IMG/VR virus record: IMGVR_UViG_3300020120_000022
From: a virus
DNA: 44,059 bases
Direction: 5' to 3' (one strand)
The translations under genes and the position numbers were made by a program. Position 1 is the stretch's first letter, and every line of letters starts with the position of its first letter. The notes under the pieces are model-generated. The model saw nothing but the letters and a program-made list of their open reading frames with translations. It was not told the origin of the DNA and searched no databases. Below are positions 28,811-37,927 of the stretch, one piece after another.

Positions 28811-31425
28811 GGCTTTTCCACCTCGACCATGATCGTAGTTGAGCCGAGATCGATCGCCCCGCCCGAGAGGTTCGCGAGCACCACAATCACCGAGCTGACC
28901 GAACTGACATAGCCGGTGACGATCAGCCCGGATATATCGATGCCGAGGCTGACCCGCACTCTGTCGCCTACCGCCGCCCCGGTGACCGTGACGCCAGTCG
29001 TGGTTTGCGCCCCGCTGGCGATGCTCGGCGCGTCATAGGTCGCCGAACCCCGCAGCACCCGCTTTCCGGTGAGCAGGTTTTCGAGTGAGGAGTCGGAATA
29101 TGTCGCAGCCGCCCCGCTGGCGAAAGGCAGGGCCGCCCCGGTGTAACTCGACTTGATCACCGTGCCGACCATCGCCGTAAAGCCAAGGAAAGCCCCAGCC
29201 GGGGCGGTTCCGGCAGTGCGGTAATGGAGGATTGAGCTTTTGCCGGTCAGCGTCATAACCGGGGGTTCACTAGTGTGATGCAGGTTGGAACTGGCGAAGC
29301 GGACGCCTTTGCCTGCCTGCATGGAGCCAGAGATTTCCCCGAGGGCGCACCCCACGCCATTACGCAGGGGGTAAACGTCGATGTTCGCCACGTCCGCATC
29401 GGATGATGCGAAGGCCGTGAAATTCCAGAACGGGCCTTCAAGGCTGTATTCGGTGCCCGCATCACTGAGCGGCATCTTGATCGCCACCGTGCGCGAGGCC
29501 CGAAAGTCTACCGTCGCATATTCACGGAACGAAGCAGAAGTTCCCGCCGCTACCGTCTGCGAATTGTTGACGGTATAGACCCCGCCGCCGGTTTCCGCCG
29601 TGATCTTGGTGCCCGCCGAGATCCCGTTGCCCAGCACTTCCACCCCGGCATGAAGCCCGGTCTGGCCGCTGGCGAGGGTCATGGTCGTGCCGGAAATGGT
29701 GACAGTGGTCGGCGCGCAGGCCGGCCCATCGTAGTCAACCAGCATCCCGCCGTTGATATAGATCGACGCCGGGAATTGCCCGCGCAGGCGAACATGGCCC
29801 ATGGCGTTGAACGCGCCATCCGCACCGCCATCATCGTGCATGTACCAGGTCAGGGCGCGCGGAGCGATGATGTAGGGATCGCGAACGGTGACCTGCGAAC
29901 CCTGCGCCACAAAGAACGCGGCCACACCCGAGGCTGCTGTTGCGGTGAATTCGAGGGTGGGCTTGTCGATCACCACATCCTCGCAGAAGCTCTCCGCGAA
30001 GATCATCGTGTTTTGCAGGTCGCGGGCTACCGGGTTCTTGATCGAGACGTTGACGCAGTTCGACAGGTTGAACATGCGGCCAAGGCTGGCCTGAGCGCGG
30101 CCATTCTTGTTGCCGAGCAGAACCGGGTCGTTGATGACCACGTTGCGACAGAACTGGAGCAGCCCGATCAGGCCGGTCCCGGCGTCCCCCGTGCCATGGG
30201 TGTCAAGGTTGGCGCGGATGTTGTTGAAGCGCAGGTTCCGCCCGCCCTGGAACCACAGGACGCCTTCGACCGAGGCATTCGAGGCCGTATCACCCACGAA
30301 CACGAGGTCGTTGACCTCGATGTTGTCGCCATCCGTCAGCGCGTAGATCGCTCGGTTGACGCCGGTGCTGCCTACTGAGGGGACCGCAACCGTCGAGCCA
30401 TTGGCGAGGGTGTAGGTCGAGGCATAGTTGAGCGGGATGGCGCGGGGCACCGTCGCATCGATCGTGATCGTGCTGCCCACGATGGCGGTGATTTTGACCG
30501 CCTGACCCCACATCGGTTCAGCATTGTCCCACGGGTTATGGCCGAGGCGCACAAGGACGAACTGGCCGACCGACAGGCCGGATGTGGTGGTGACGGTGAG
30601 GGTTGAGGTAGGTCCGGTAATGTCGGCGGAAACGTAGGCCAGCGGCGAACTGGACGGGGCCGCGCCGAATACCTCCACGGAGCCGGAGCATTTCAGCGTT
30701 GCCCCGTTGAAATCCCACGCGAGATTGCTGCCAGACGCGATCAACGCCGAGGTGCGATAGGTGCGGCCCTTGGTGAAACCGATTCGGCCTGCACCGATGG
30801 CCACGGCATAGTTGCGGGCCGCGTCGATCGCCGCAAGATCGTCGGTCGTACCGTCGCCGGTTGCGCCGCCCGCATCGACAAACACCGTGCCGCGCGCGTC
30901 TGGCACCAGCCGGAAATAGCGCCCGTTGCTGGTCGCCTTGCAGAGCCGGGGATGAGCAGCGGCCAGCGCGGCATTGGCCGTCGCATCGGCGACGTAGAAC
31001 GCAGCGCCGATACCTGCCGTGCTGTAGCCGGTGGTGTGGATCAGATCGGTCCCGGCGGCGATGGACAGCCCGCTGATTGCGGTGGCCAGCCCGACTGCCA
31101 TGGCGTTGCCGCCCGGGTCGCCCTTGGCGCCAGTCTCGCCGACGACACCCCCGTAGTATGGGTCGATCTCGTCGAGCGTTACCCCGTCCCGGTCTTCGAG
31201 GATCACCCGGTAGACGATCGCGTCGTCAATATAGATGCTGGGCCACGTCCCCGCCGCGTTGGCAATGACCGGGTTGGGCAACGCGATTGATAGCCCGCTG
31301 TCAGAATAGACAGGGGCGAGGGTCGATGTGCCGCTGTAATACAGGTAGAGCTTGGCGCCGGGCACCACCATGCTGTTGAGCCCGATCGCGGGCCGGAACG
31401 GCAGGTAGAAATAGATCGCGGCCAT
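28807..31425 (-). CDS. Tailspike / tail fibre with beta-helix (pectate-lyase-like) depolymerase body, 872 aa
   Basis: N-terminal anchor motif (GAKLYLYYSGTSTLAPVYSD...NPVIANAAGTWPSIYIDDAIVYRVILEDRDG), a short GxY run (GETGAKGDPGGN), and GDGTTDDLAAIDAA, typical of pectate_lyase_3-type tailspikes. Confidence 0.75.
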   Translation of the reverse strand: MAAIYFYLPFRPAIGLNSMVVPGAKLYLYYSGTSTLAPVYSDSGLSIALPNPVIANAAGTWPSIYIDDAIVYRVILEDRDGVTLDEIDPYYGGVVGETGAKGDPGGNAMAVGLATAISGLSIAAGTDLIHTTGYSTAGIGAAFYVADATANAALAAAHPRLCKATSNGRYFRLVPDARGTVFVDAGGATGDGTTDDLAAIDAARNYAVAIGAGRIGFTKGRTYRTSALIASGSNLAWDFNGATLKCSGSVEVFGAAPSSSPLAYVSADITGPTSTLTVTTTSGLSVGQFVLVRLGHNPWDNAEPMWGQAVKITAIVGSTITIDATVPRAIPLNYASTYTLANGSTVAVPSVGSTGVNRAIYALTDGDNIEVNDLVFVGDTASNASVEGVLWFQGGRNLRFNNIRANLDTHGTGDAGTGLIGLLQFCRNVVINDPVLLGNKNGRAQASLGRMFNLSNCVNVSIKNPVARDLQNTMIFAESFCEDVVIDKPTLEFTATAASGVAAFFVAQGSQVTVRDPYIIAPRALTWYMHDDGGADGAFNAMGHVRLRGQFPASIYINGGMLVDYDGPACAPTTVTISGTTMTLASGQTGLHAGVEVLGNGISAGTKITAETGGGVYTVNNSQTVAAGTSASFREYATVDFRASRTVAIKMPLSDAGTEYSLEGPFWNFTAFASSDADVANIDVYPLRNGVGCALGEISGSMQAGKGVRFASSNLHHTSEPPVMTLTGKSSILHYRTAGTAPAGAFLGFTAMVGTVIKSSYTGAALPFASGAAATYSDSSLENLLTGKRVLRGSATYDAPSIASGAQTTTGVTVTGAAVGDRVRVSLGIDISGLIVTGYVSSVSSVIVVLANLSGGAIDLGSTTIMVEVEKP

Positions 31426-31426
31426 G

Positions 31427-31465
31427 AGACATTTCCGAACTGTTTGACGGTTCGTGGAAATGTCT
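31427..31465 (-). promoter_or_regulatory. Imperfect palindrome abutting the tailspike start codon
   Basis: AGACATTTCCGAAC (31427-31440) pairs with GTTCGTGGAAATGTCT (31450-31465), leaving a 9-nt loop and a 2-nt bulge. It covers the tailspike RBS region. Confidence 0.35.
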
Positions 31466-31558
31466 GGCCGGACGCGCGCCCCACATGCGCGCTGGGCAGG
31501 TCGCCCCCGTTGCGCAACCTATGGCATAGTCGCGGGATAAAGGCTAGTATCTGCCGTC

Positions 31559-31783
31559 ATGAAGGGGATCATCTTGCTCGCCGCGCTGGCCTTGGCCGGC
31601 TGCGCTCCGAAACTGCAGTTCGCGAATGAGGCCGGCGGCGTGGTCAGTCAGGCAATGAGCCCGGGCAACGACCGCGCCTTTGCCCTCGCCGAGGCGCACT
31701 GCGAAAAATACGGCAAGATCGCGCGGATTGAATCGCGGACAGTCCTGGTCAAGTCCACGCGGTTCGAGTGTGTGGCGCGATGA
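31559..31783 (+). CDS. Small lipoprotein, 74 aa, opposite strand to the surrounding late genes (moron)
   Basis: MKGIILLAALALAG-C lipobox, high third-position GC, and two further Cys in the mature part. Confidence 0.7.
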   Translation: MKGIILLAALALAGCAPKLQFANEAGGVVSQAMSPGNDRAFALAEAHCEKYGKIARIESRTVLVKSTRFECVAR

Positions 31784-31849
31784 GCCCTGGTTGGATCATC
31801 GCCATGGGCGGCCTCGCAACCGGCGTCATTCGCGAGGCCTATCCCATGA

Positions 31850-34624
31850 TCACGGGGAAGGAGATGTTCCCTGCGCACCCACAACCGCGGTGGATGCAGA
31901 CACTGCTCCGGAAAGCCGGGCTACCTTCTCTAGTTGTTGACGAATCCGTGCTGCAACGGCGCCGCGAGGAGCAATCGCGCCCTTAACCACCTTGCGCACC
32001 CCCGGCGCATAGGCGCCGCCGATTGCCCCAAGGACAGCCAAGGTCGTCGGCTCGAGATAGGCGGCACCGCCAGCGGCCAGCCCTCCAACCGCCATTCGCT
32101 CGGGCGTTCCGCTGTTCGGCATCTTGTCCTCCAGCGCGCGCCCGGCCTTGGCGTAGTCCTGCATCAGCGCATCACCGCGCAGGAAGGCCTTGGACCGCAC
32201 CCCTCCGCTCGTGTTCTGCACAGACGCGTCGAACTGCGCCGGGCTGAATGTGCCGGCATCTCCGCCCCTGCGCCGGGCAGCGTCCTCGATCCGGACGAAC
32301 TTGGCATATCCGGCATCGGCAGCGTCGAGCAGTTTGACGGCATCCGGATCAGAATGGCGCCGGGCTGCGCCTTCAATGGCCGACGACACCCCTTGCAGGA
32401 TGTCTGCCATCGCCTGGTCGTCGGAGGCGTCGCTCTTGCGGAAGCGTTCAATCCGCTTTCCAAGGTCAGACACGACTTTCTTGAAGTTCGCCCCCGTCAT
32501 TTGGCCATCGGCTACTTTGGGCGTGACAACATTCGCCATGATCGCGGCCAACTTGTTTCGCGCCTGCGGGCCTAGCTCAGAAATTGGAGCGGCGAGGCTG
32601 CCGAGGTCGTTGGACAATTCTTCGTCCGCGACCATGTGCATGCCTTCGCGGGCCGTGTCATAGGCCTTGCTAAAAACCCGCTGGGTATAGGCGTGCGGAT
32701 CGGTGCCGGGCGACATTCCTTTGGGAAGCTCTTCACCAACCTCTTTCAGGGCCTCATTGAATGCGCCAGTTTGAAACTGATCGCGGGCCTCCTGCCGGGC
32801 ACCGCGAATGGCGGCGCCAACGATGGGGACAGACTGAAGGCCCTCTTCGGTCGCATTGATGGCCTTGCCGATGGTCCCACTTACACCGCGTCCGCCATTA
32901 ATTGCCGCCGCCCGCTGACCAATGGTGGGGCGAACACCTGCTTCATAGAGCCCCGCGAGATCCCCGCCTGAAGGAGCGACGAGTCGACCGAGGCCGCGGG
33001 TCACCGCCCGGCCGGCAATGTTGCCAGCGCCTGCTTCAAGCGCGCCACGAAGGCCGCCGCCGATGCGATCACCGCCATCAGACGCACCAGCGCCGTTCAC
33101 CCCGCCCATCGCCATATCGGCAAGCAACCCTCGCCCTGCGCTTGCTCCCACCCCCATGCGGGCCAGCCCTGCCTCCCCGGCCATACTCCCGAGCACGCCG
33201 CCGGAAATCCCGCCGATCGCGTTGGCTGTCGGGTGCTGTTCGGCGAGCATGTCCAGCGCGCCGCGGGCGCGTTCCGGATCCGGCGCAATGTTGTCGAGCG
33301 TGTTGCCGCTCAAAAACTGCCCCGCACCGGCGGCATAGCTCGCCACCGTCCCGCCGACGGGAGTCGCGGCAACCTTTCCGACAACCTTCTCGAACCCACT
33401 TTGCGGCTCGAGCTTCCACGCCCGCGCCACGCTGCCCTGATAGTCGGGGTGCTGCTTGAGGAAGTCCTGCACCTGTCCGTATTCATTTGGACCGATTGGA
33501 GCCATTCCCTTGCCGCCAAGGAATTGGTTGATCTCGCCCAGCGGCGTTCCCTTGCGCACCATCTGGTCCAGCTGCGCGGTCATCTCAGGATCCGCCACGC
33601 GGCGGGTGTCGCCTGTGGCTACCTCCAATTTGTCAGGGCCTGGGCCAATCACTGGCGGCGTCGGGAGAGTTCCGGCCGGGGCACCACCGGGACCCCCATC
33701 GCCGCCCGCACCCCCAACCGGAGGCGAGCCCGGAGGAGTGAAGCCCGGCAGATACTTCGCCAGGACCTGCTTGGAATGCGGATCGAGCACATCGAGCGGC
33801 TGCGCGGTAGTGCCCATACCCTTGACGTACTGGTCATTAAGCGCATCGAGACGGGACTTGAGTAGCGTCGTGATATTGGCAATCGCGGCCTTCTTCTGCT
33901 CCTCCGATGCGTTCGGATCGAGCTCGCTCAGATAGCGCTGGATATCCGCCTCAGCGCCACCGGAGCCACGGAACACCTGCGTCAGTTCGCCCGCGACCGC
34001 CCCGGCAGTCTGCGCGTAATTGGTGATCCCCGGATCGCCCATGCCGCGTTCGGCGGCGTTCTGGATGGCATTGACTGTCGTGGCAAACGGGAAGCCGCCA
34101 TGCGAGGCCGTCCCGCTGATCTGGTCGGCCAGTTGCCCAACGTGGCCAATGGCGGTGTTCAGCGCCTTGATGTTGCGCGACGAGGTGCCAGAGGTGAAGT
34201 CGGCCCGCGTTTTGGCCCGCGCATTGTAGTTCACCGCGTCGAAATCGGGATCGTACTGCGCCACCTGAGCAAGGCGCTGCTGCCAGTAGGGCGAGGATGC
34301 GGCCTTGCCTGCGGGGAATGCCATGCGCCCTTCCGCCAGCGCCTGCACCTGAGCGGCATCAGCGGGGGGAAGTTTGGCGATGAAGTCTTTCCCGGTCAGG
34401 TGCATCTGGTCTGAAGGAATTCCGACCACATCGGCGCTTTCGCGGTCGTGCTTCTCCTTGTCCCACTGGAACCGCTGCGCCTCTCGCGCCTCTCGTGCGG
34501 CATCAGCCGGATCTTGCGACTTCGGCGGGCTCGGCAGCGGGGGGATGGTTCCGCTGGTCGACGCGGCGCCGGCGGGAGCGCCAGACGCGACGGGAAACTG
34601 CGCCCAAGGATCAGTCTGCGGCAT
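31850..34624 (-). CDS. Large internal virion / DNA-ejection protein, 924 aa
   Basis: Largest gene of the tail-proximal block, Ala/Gly-rich with long helical stretches. It follows other ejection-type proteins, and no lysozyme motif is seen. Confidence 0.55.
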   Translation of the reverse strand: MPQTDPWAQFPVASGAPAGAASTSGTIPPLPSPPKSQDPADAAREAREAQRFQWDKEKHDRESADVVGIPSDQMHLTGKDFIAKLPPADAAQVQALAEGRMAFPAGKAASSPYWQQRLAQVAQYDPDFDAVNYNARAKTRADFTSGTSSRNIKALNTAIGHVGQLADQISGTASHGGFPFATTVNAIQNAAERGMGDPGITNYAQTAGAVAGELTQVFRGSGGAEADIQRYLSELDPNASEEQKKAAIANITTLLKSRLDALNDQYVKGMGTTAQPLDVLDPHSKQVLAKYLPGFTPPGSPPVGGAGGDGGPGGAPAGTLPTPPVIGPGPDKLEVATGDTRRVADPEMTAQLDQMVRKGTPLGEINQFLGGKGMAPIGPNEYGQVQDFLKQHPDYQGSVARAWKLEPQSGFEKVVGKVAATPVGGTVASYAAGAGQFLSGNTLDNIAPDPERARGALDMLAEQHPTANAIGGISGGVLGSMAGEAGLARMGVGASAGRGLLADMAMGGVNGAGASDGGDRIGGGLRGALEAGAGNIAGRAVTRGLGRLVAPSGGDLAGLYEAGVRPTIGQRAAAINGGRGVSGTIGKAINATEEGLQSVPIVGAAIRGARQEARDQFQTGAFNEALKEVGEELPKGMSPGTDPHAYTQRVFSKAYDTAREGMHMVADEELSNDLGSLAAPISELGPQARNKLAAIMANVVTPKVADGQMTGANFKKVVSDLGKRIERFRKSDASDDQAMADILQGVSSAIEGAARRHSDPDAVKLLDAADAGYAKFVRIEDAARRRGGDAGTFSPAQFDASVQNTSGGVRSKAFLRGDALMQDYAKAGRALEDKMPNSGTPERMAVGGLAAGGAAYLEPTTLAVLGAIGGAYAPGVRKVVKGAIAPRGAVAARIRQQLEKVARLSGAVSASTAVVGAQGTSPSP

Positions 34625-34626
34625 GA

Positions 34627-34911
34627 TCAGCCCTTCGGTTCCACATGGACATGGTTGCCCTCGTTGATGACATCAAAACCCGGCATCGCGGCGGCGAGGC
34701 GGGCATGCAGTGTGCCCATCGACATGCCTTGCGGCGGCACAAAATCGCGGGCCTGGTCGGTCAGGTGATAGCTGTTGCGCACCCCGCCGACCGCCGCGTT
34801 GTGGGTGGCACTGCGCTGCCGGCTCGTGACGGTGAGACCCGGAACCACCGACTGTGCGGTCTGCTCGATCGCGGCGCCGGTGACCGTGCTATTGTGCCCC
34901 GGGAAAGCCAC
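34627..34911 (-). CDS. Peptidase M15A-like peptidoglycan hydrolase domain, about 94 aa (start uncertain, GTG 34911)
   Basis: TSRQRSATHNAAVGGVRNSYHLTDQARDF ... GNHVHVE matches the pattern SGYRS...N...GG...S.H..G.A.D ... H.H. There is no ATG upstream of the domain, and the ORF overlaps the preceding gene by 23 nt. Confidence 0.55.
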   Translation of the reverse strand: MAFPGHNSTVTGAAIEQTAQSVVPGLTVTSRQRSATHNAAVGGVRNSYHLTDQARDFVPPQGMSMGTLHARLAAAMPGFDVINEGNHVHVEPKG

Positions 34912-35860
34912 CGCCAGCGTTGCCGCTGGCGCCTCCCGGAACTGTGCGGAGAACGCCGTTGGGATCGTAGAAGTGCGAGCCCGGAGGGAGTTTGGCCGCC
35001 TCCTGCGGCGTGGAGACATGCGGAACATCGGTGGGCGAAGGGGTTCCCGCGGGTGCACCACCACCCACCGCCCACCGCGCCGACCCGTCCGGCTTGATGA
35101 TCGCGACATTGCCGCCGCCGGTGACCGGAACCGCCTTGCCAGCCTCGAATTCACGCTGGGCCAGTTCGTTGTCGATCATCTTGTCGTAATCGATCGCCAC
35201 ACCCTGATAGCCGCGCAGGCCATCATCCGAGAGGTTGGCGTTGGCGATTTCCTGTTCACTCCACCCGGCGGCGCGCAGCTGCGGAGCGACGATCTGCAGC
35301 ATCTGCCCGCGCTGCTGTGGCGGATAGCGCGACAGGAAGTGTGCCGCCGCGCCCATGATGTCGTTCTTGTTCTGGTGCAGTTTGAGGTCGGTCTCGTCCA
35401 TCGACTTCAGCGCGCCTGCGATCTTACTGCCCATTTCCGGGTCAAGCACGACCAGTTTGCGCAGGAGATCGGGATCATAGGGCTGGCGCGGCGGGGCGAC
35501 GGCAGGAGCGGTCGGGGCAGTTGGGGCTACAGGCGGCGCCAGTGGAGCCGGATCCGCACCGGCGGCCAGAGTGCCCATGGTCTTGCCGTCAAAAGCTTGG
35601 TCGAAGGTCGGGCCTGCAGTCGACGTGGTATCCGCCGGATGAGACGGCGCATAGGCGCCAGCGATGCCTGTCTGTGCTGGTTGCGACTGCCCACCGCCCA
35701 TCAGCTGCCCGAGGATGCCCGTAACCTGCGACTTGCGCGCGGCATCGGCGCGCATGCCCTGGAGCTTGAGCCGCGTTTCCTCGTCCGAATAGCGATCGGA
35801 ACGCCCCTGACGGAAGGCGTTGATCAATGATCCGGCGTTGATCCCATCCACCATCGGCAT
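34889..35860 (-). CDS. Internal virion protein, 323 aa
   Basis: ATG (MPMVDGINAG) in a TGATG overlap with the upstream stop. Ala/Gly/Pro-rich centre. Confidence 0.5.
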   Translation of the reverse strand: MPMVDGINAGSLINAFRQGRSDRYSDEETRLKLQGMRADAARKSQVTGILGQLMGGGQSQPAQTGIAGAYAPSHPADTTSTAGPTFDQAFDGKTMGTLAAGADPAPLAPPVAPTAPTAPAVAPPRQPYDPDLLRKLVVLDPEMGSKIAGALKSMDETDLKLHQNKNDIMGAAAHFLSRYPPQQRGQMLQIVAPQLRAAGWSEQEIANANLSDDGLRGYQGVAIDYDKMIDNELAQREFEAGKAVPVTGGGNVAIIKPDGSARWAVGGGAPAGTPSPTDVPHVSTPQEAAKLPPGSHFYDPNGVLRTVPGGASGNAGGGFPGAQ

Positions 35861-36675
35861 CAGACCCAAGTCCCCGTTCCGCCTTGACCGTAGTAACTCA
35901 TTGGCCCGCCCGCACCGGGAAGGCCGCCACCTCCACCGCCGTACCCTTGGTTGTAGAGGTAGGCGGAGGCGAGATTGCCGACCGTGTTGTTGATGGCGTT
36001 ACCCGTGTTGGCATAGGACGATGCCCGTGCTTGCCCGGCCGCCATGGTGTTGGCGCTGGTCTGGTTGGCGGCGTTCGCTCCGGCCGCCGAGGTCGCCTGC
36101 GTTGCGGTCTGGCCCACGCCGGCCAGTGATTGCAGGGTGCCGACATAGTTGCCGAATTCCTGACTGGCCTCGTTGCCGGCAAACCGGTCCATGGCTTTCA
36201 TCGTCGCGCCCGAGCGAAGCCCGCCGCGCGCCGCGGCGCTGCGTTCGATCGCCTTCAAGCCCTCGTCCATGCGGAATTTATAGGACGGCGAGGCGTAGAA
36301 CCCGCCGTAAGGGTCGGCCGGGGCGGCGCTGGTGCCAGTCGCCCCCGGAGTTGCCGCGCCCGGTGCGCCAGGTGTGGTCGGGACAGCTTGCCCGCCGTAG
36401 CCGTTCCACCCCGACGTGCCGGGGTAGGAGGCCGCCGCAGGGGAAGGATCAGGCGTCGGAGTGACGCCATACATCCCCGCGAGCTTGTACAGGGCACCTG
36501 AGCCAACCGACCGCCACGGTGCCTGATCGGCCCGCGTCTGGTTGTACATCGCCATCTGCGTGGCGCTCGAGCTGTCGGCCGCCCCCTGGATGGCGCTGGC
36601 CTGCTTGTTGCCCGAGATGACGCTGGTGACGCCGCCAATGACGGCGGCTCCGGCTACGGCTGCCGCAAGACCCAT
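35860..36675 (-). CDS. Internal virion / ejection protein with N-terminal TM, 271 aa
   Basis: MGLAAAVAGAAVIGGVTSVISG hydrophobic N-terminus and a Gly/Ala/Thr/Pro-rich body. TAATG overlap with the upstream stop. Confidence 0.5.
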   Translation of the reverse strand: MGLAAAVAGAAVIGGVTSVISGNKQASAIQGAADSSSATQMAMYNQTRADQAPWRSVGSGALYKLAGMYGVTPTPDPSPAAASYPGTSGWNGYGGQAVPTTPGAPGAATPGATGTSAAPADPYGGFYASPSYKFRMDEGLKAIERSAAARGGLRSGATMKAMDRFAGNEASQEFGNYVGTLQSLAGVGQTATQATSAAGANAANQTSANTMAAGQARASSYANTGNAINNTVGNLASAYLYNQGYGGGGGGLPGAGGPMSYYGQGGTGTWV

Positions 36676-37829
36676 TACGCGGCCTCCGACAGGGCGAGGC
36701 GGAAGGTTTCGCCGTGATCGGAAGCACCCAGCCGGCGGTACATCGCGCCGAGGCGAGGGCCGGATCCGCGCTTGCCTGCTTCCCAGAATACTTCGTCCAC
36801 CCCGCGCTCCTTGAGGCTGGCCAGCGCCGCGCGCTGCAATTTCATGCCGAGACCCGGAAAGGCCGGGTCGGCAAAGAAGGTGGTATGGGTGCCGCTGGTC
36901 TTCCCCCCGGAGGCCAGCGACGGCGTGACGATGGTCATGAGGTAGCCGAACATGCGCCCGTTTGATCGGGCGGTGGTGATCTGCATGGCGCCGATCCGGT
37001 CAAGGTCTTCCATCAGCGTCCAGTTCTTGTCTGCCCACTCGCGCGGATCCTCCCCTACGATGACGCAATGATCCTCGAACAGGCGCTGCGCATCGGCGCG
37101 CCAGGTAGCGAGGTGCTCGGTCTGGATCGTGATGCCTTCCGGGGCGACCGGCTTGCGCAGGTGGAGCGCGGCGAGGGAGCGATGACGGGCCTGCGCAGCC
37201 AGTTTGTCCAGCGCCGGCGCGTAGGCGGTGCAGTAGCGGATCAGGGCCTGCATATCGATCTGGATATTGACCGGGGCGAGAGCGGCCCAGCGTCCGGTAT
37301 CATGGGGATAGGGAAGGCAGTGCTCGAACAGCGCCGCGCAGGCGTCCTCGCGGGTGAGGTCCTCGTAGCGGACGGACAGGACGCCGGGCAGACGCGCCTC
37401 GATCTGGTCGAGCTTGCGGTCGAGCCGGGTCATCAGTGTGGTGACCGCGTCGCGATCGAACGCGCACCCGGGGATACGCATGAGGCTGTCGACCACTTCG
37501 GAAACCGGACGGCGGATCGTGGCGACGCGTACCCCTTTGGGCAGCATGCGCCACCATGACGCCGCGGCGGTCTCTATCGTGCCGGTGCAGGGCTGGGTAA
37601 ACCACGCGGCCACGTCGCCAAAGCTGCGCAGGTGGCGCACTTCCTCGTGAGCGCAATGCCAGTCACCATAGGACAGGAAATGCGACAGCCAGGCTGTGCG
37701 CGAGCGGGGCAGGGCGAAGATCACGAAACCCTCACCCGCCGAACCGCCGATCACCCCCTTTCGGTTAGGGCGCGAAGCATCGGGGCCAGATGACCCTTGC
37801 GCTTCCATCGGTGCAGGATTGTCGTGCAT
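36675..37829 (-). CDS. Sulfotransferase-like / GNAT acetyltransferase-like fusion protein, 384 aa
   Basis: N-terminal half: FALPRSRTAWLSHFL (compare the PKSGTTW 5'-PSB loop) and IRRPVSEVVDSL (compare R.P.D...S 3'-PB). C-terminal half: FPGLGMKLQRAALASLKERGVDEVFWE (GNAT motif A-like). Confidence 0.5.
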   Translation of the reverse strand: MHDNPAPMEAQGSSGPDASRPNRKGVIGGSAGEGFVIFALPRSRTAWLSHFLSYGDWHCAHEEVRHLRSFGDVAAWFTQPCTGTIETAAASWWRMLPKGVRVATIRRPVSEVVDSLMRIPGCAFDRDAVTTLMTRLDRKLDQIEARLPGVLSVRYEDLTREDACAALFEHCLPYPHDTGRWAALAPVNIQIDMQALIRYCTAYAPALDKLAAQARHRSLAALHLRKPVAPEGITIQTEHLATWRADAQRLFEDHCVIVGEDPREWADKNWTLMEDLDRIGAMQITTARSNGRMFGYLMTIVTPSLASGGKTSGTHTTFFADPAFPGLGMKLQRAALASLKERGVDEVFWEAGKRGSGPRLGAMYRRLGASDHGETFRLALSEAA

Positions 37830-37927
37830 CAGACCCCAGACGGCTTGAACGCGCTGCCTGTCTGGAGTGATCGTTCCGGGGCGCAGGCCGGAACCGCTTT
37901 CGCGTCACGCCGTCGACCTTAGCGCAA

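Noticed and set aside
31120-31160. Collagen-like repeat in the tailspike (GETGAKGDPGGN).
   Set aside because: There are only about four G-x-y triplets, too short to call a collagen domain. It is noted as ordinary tail-fibre linker sequence.
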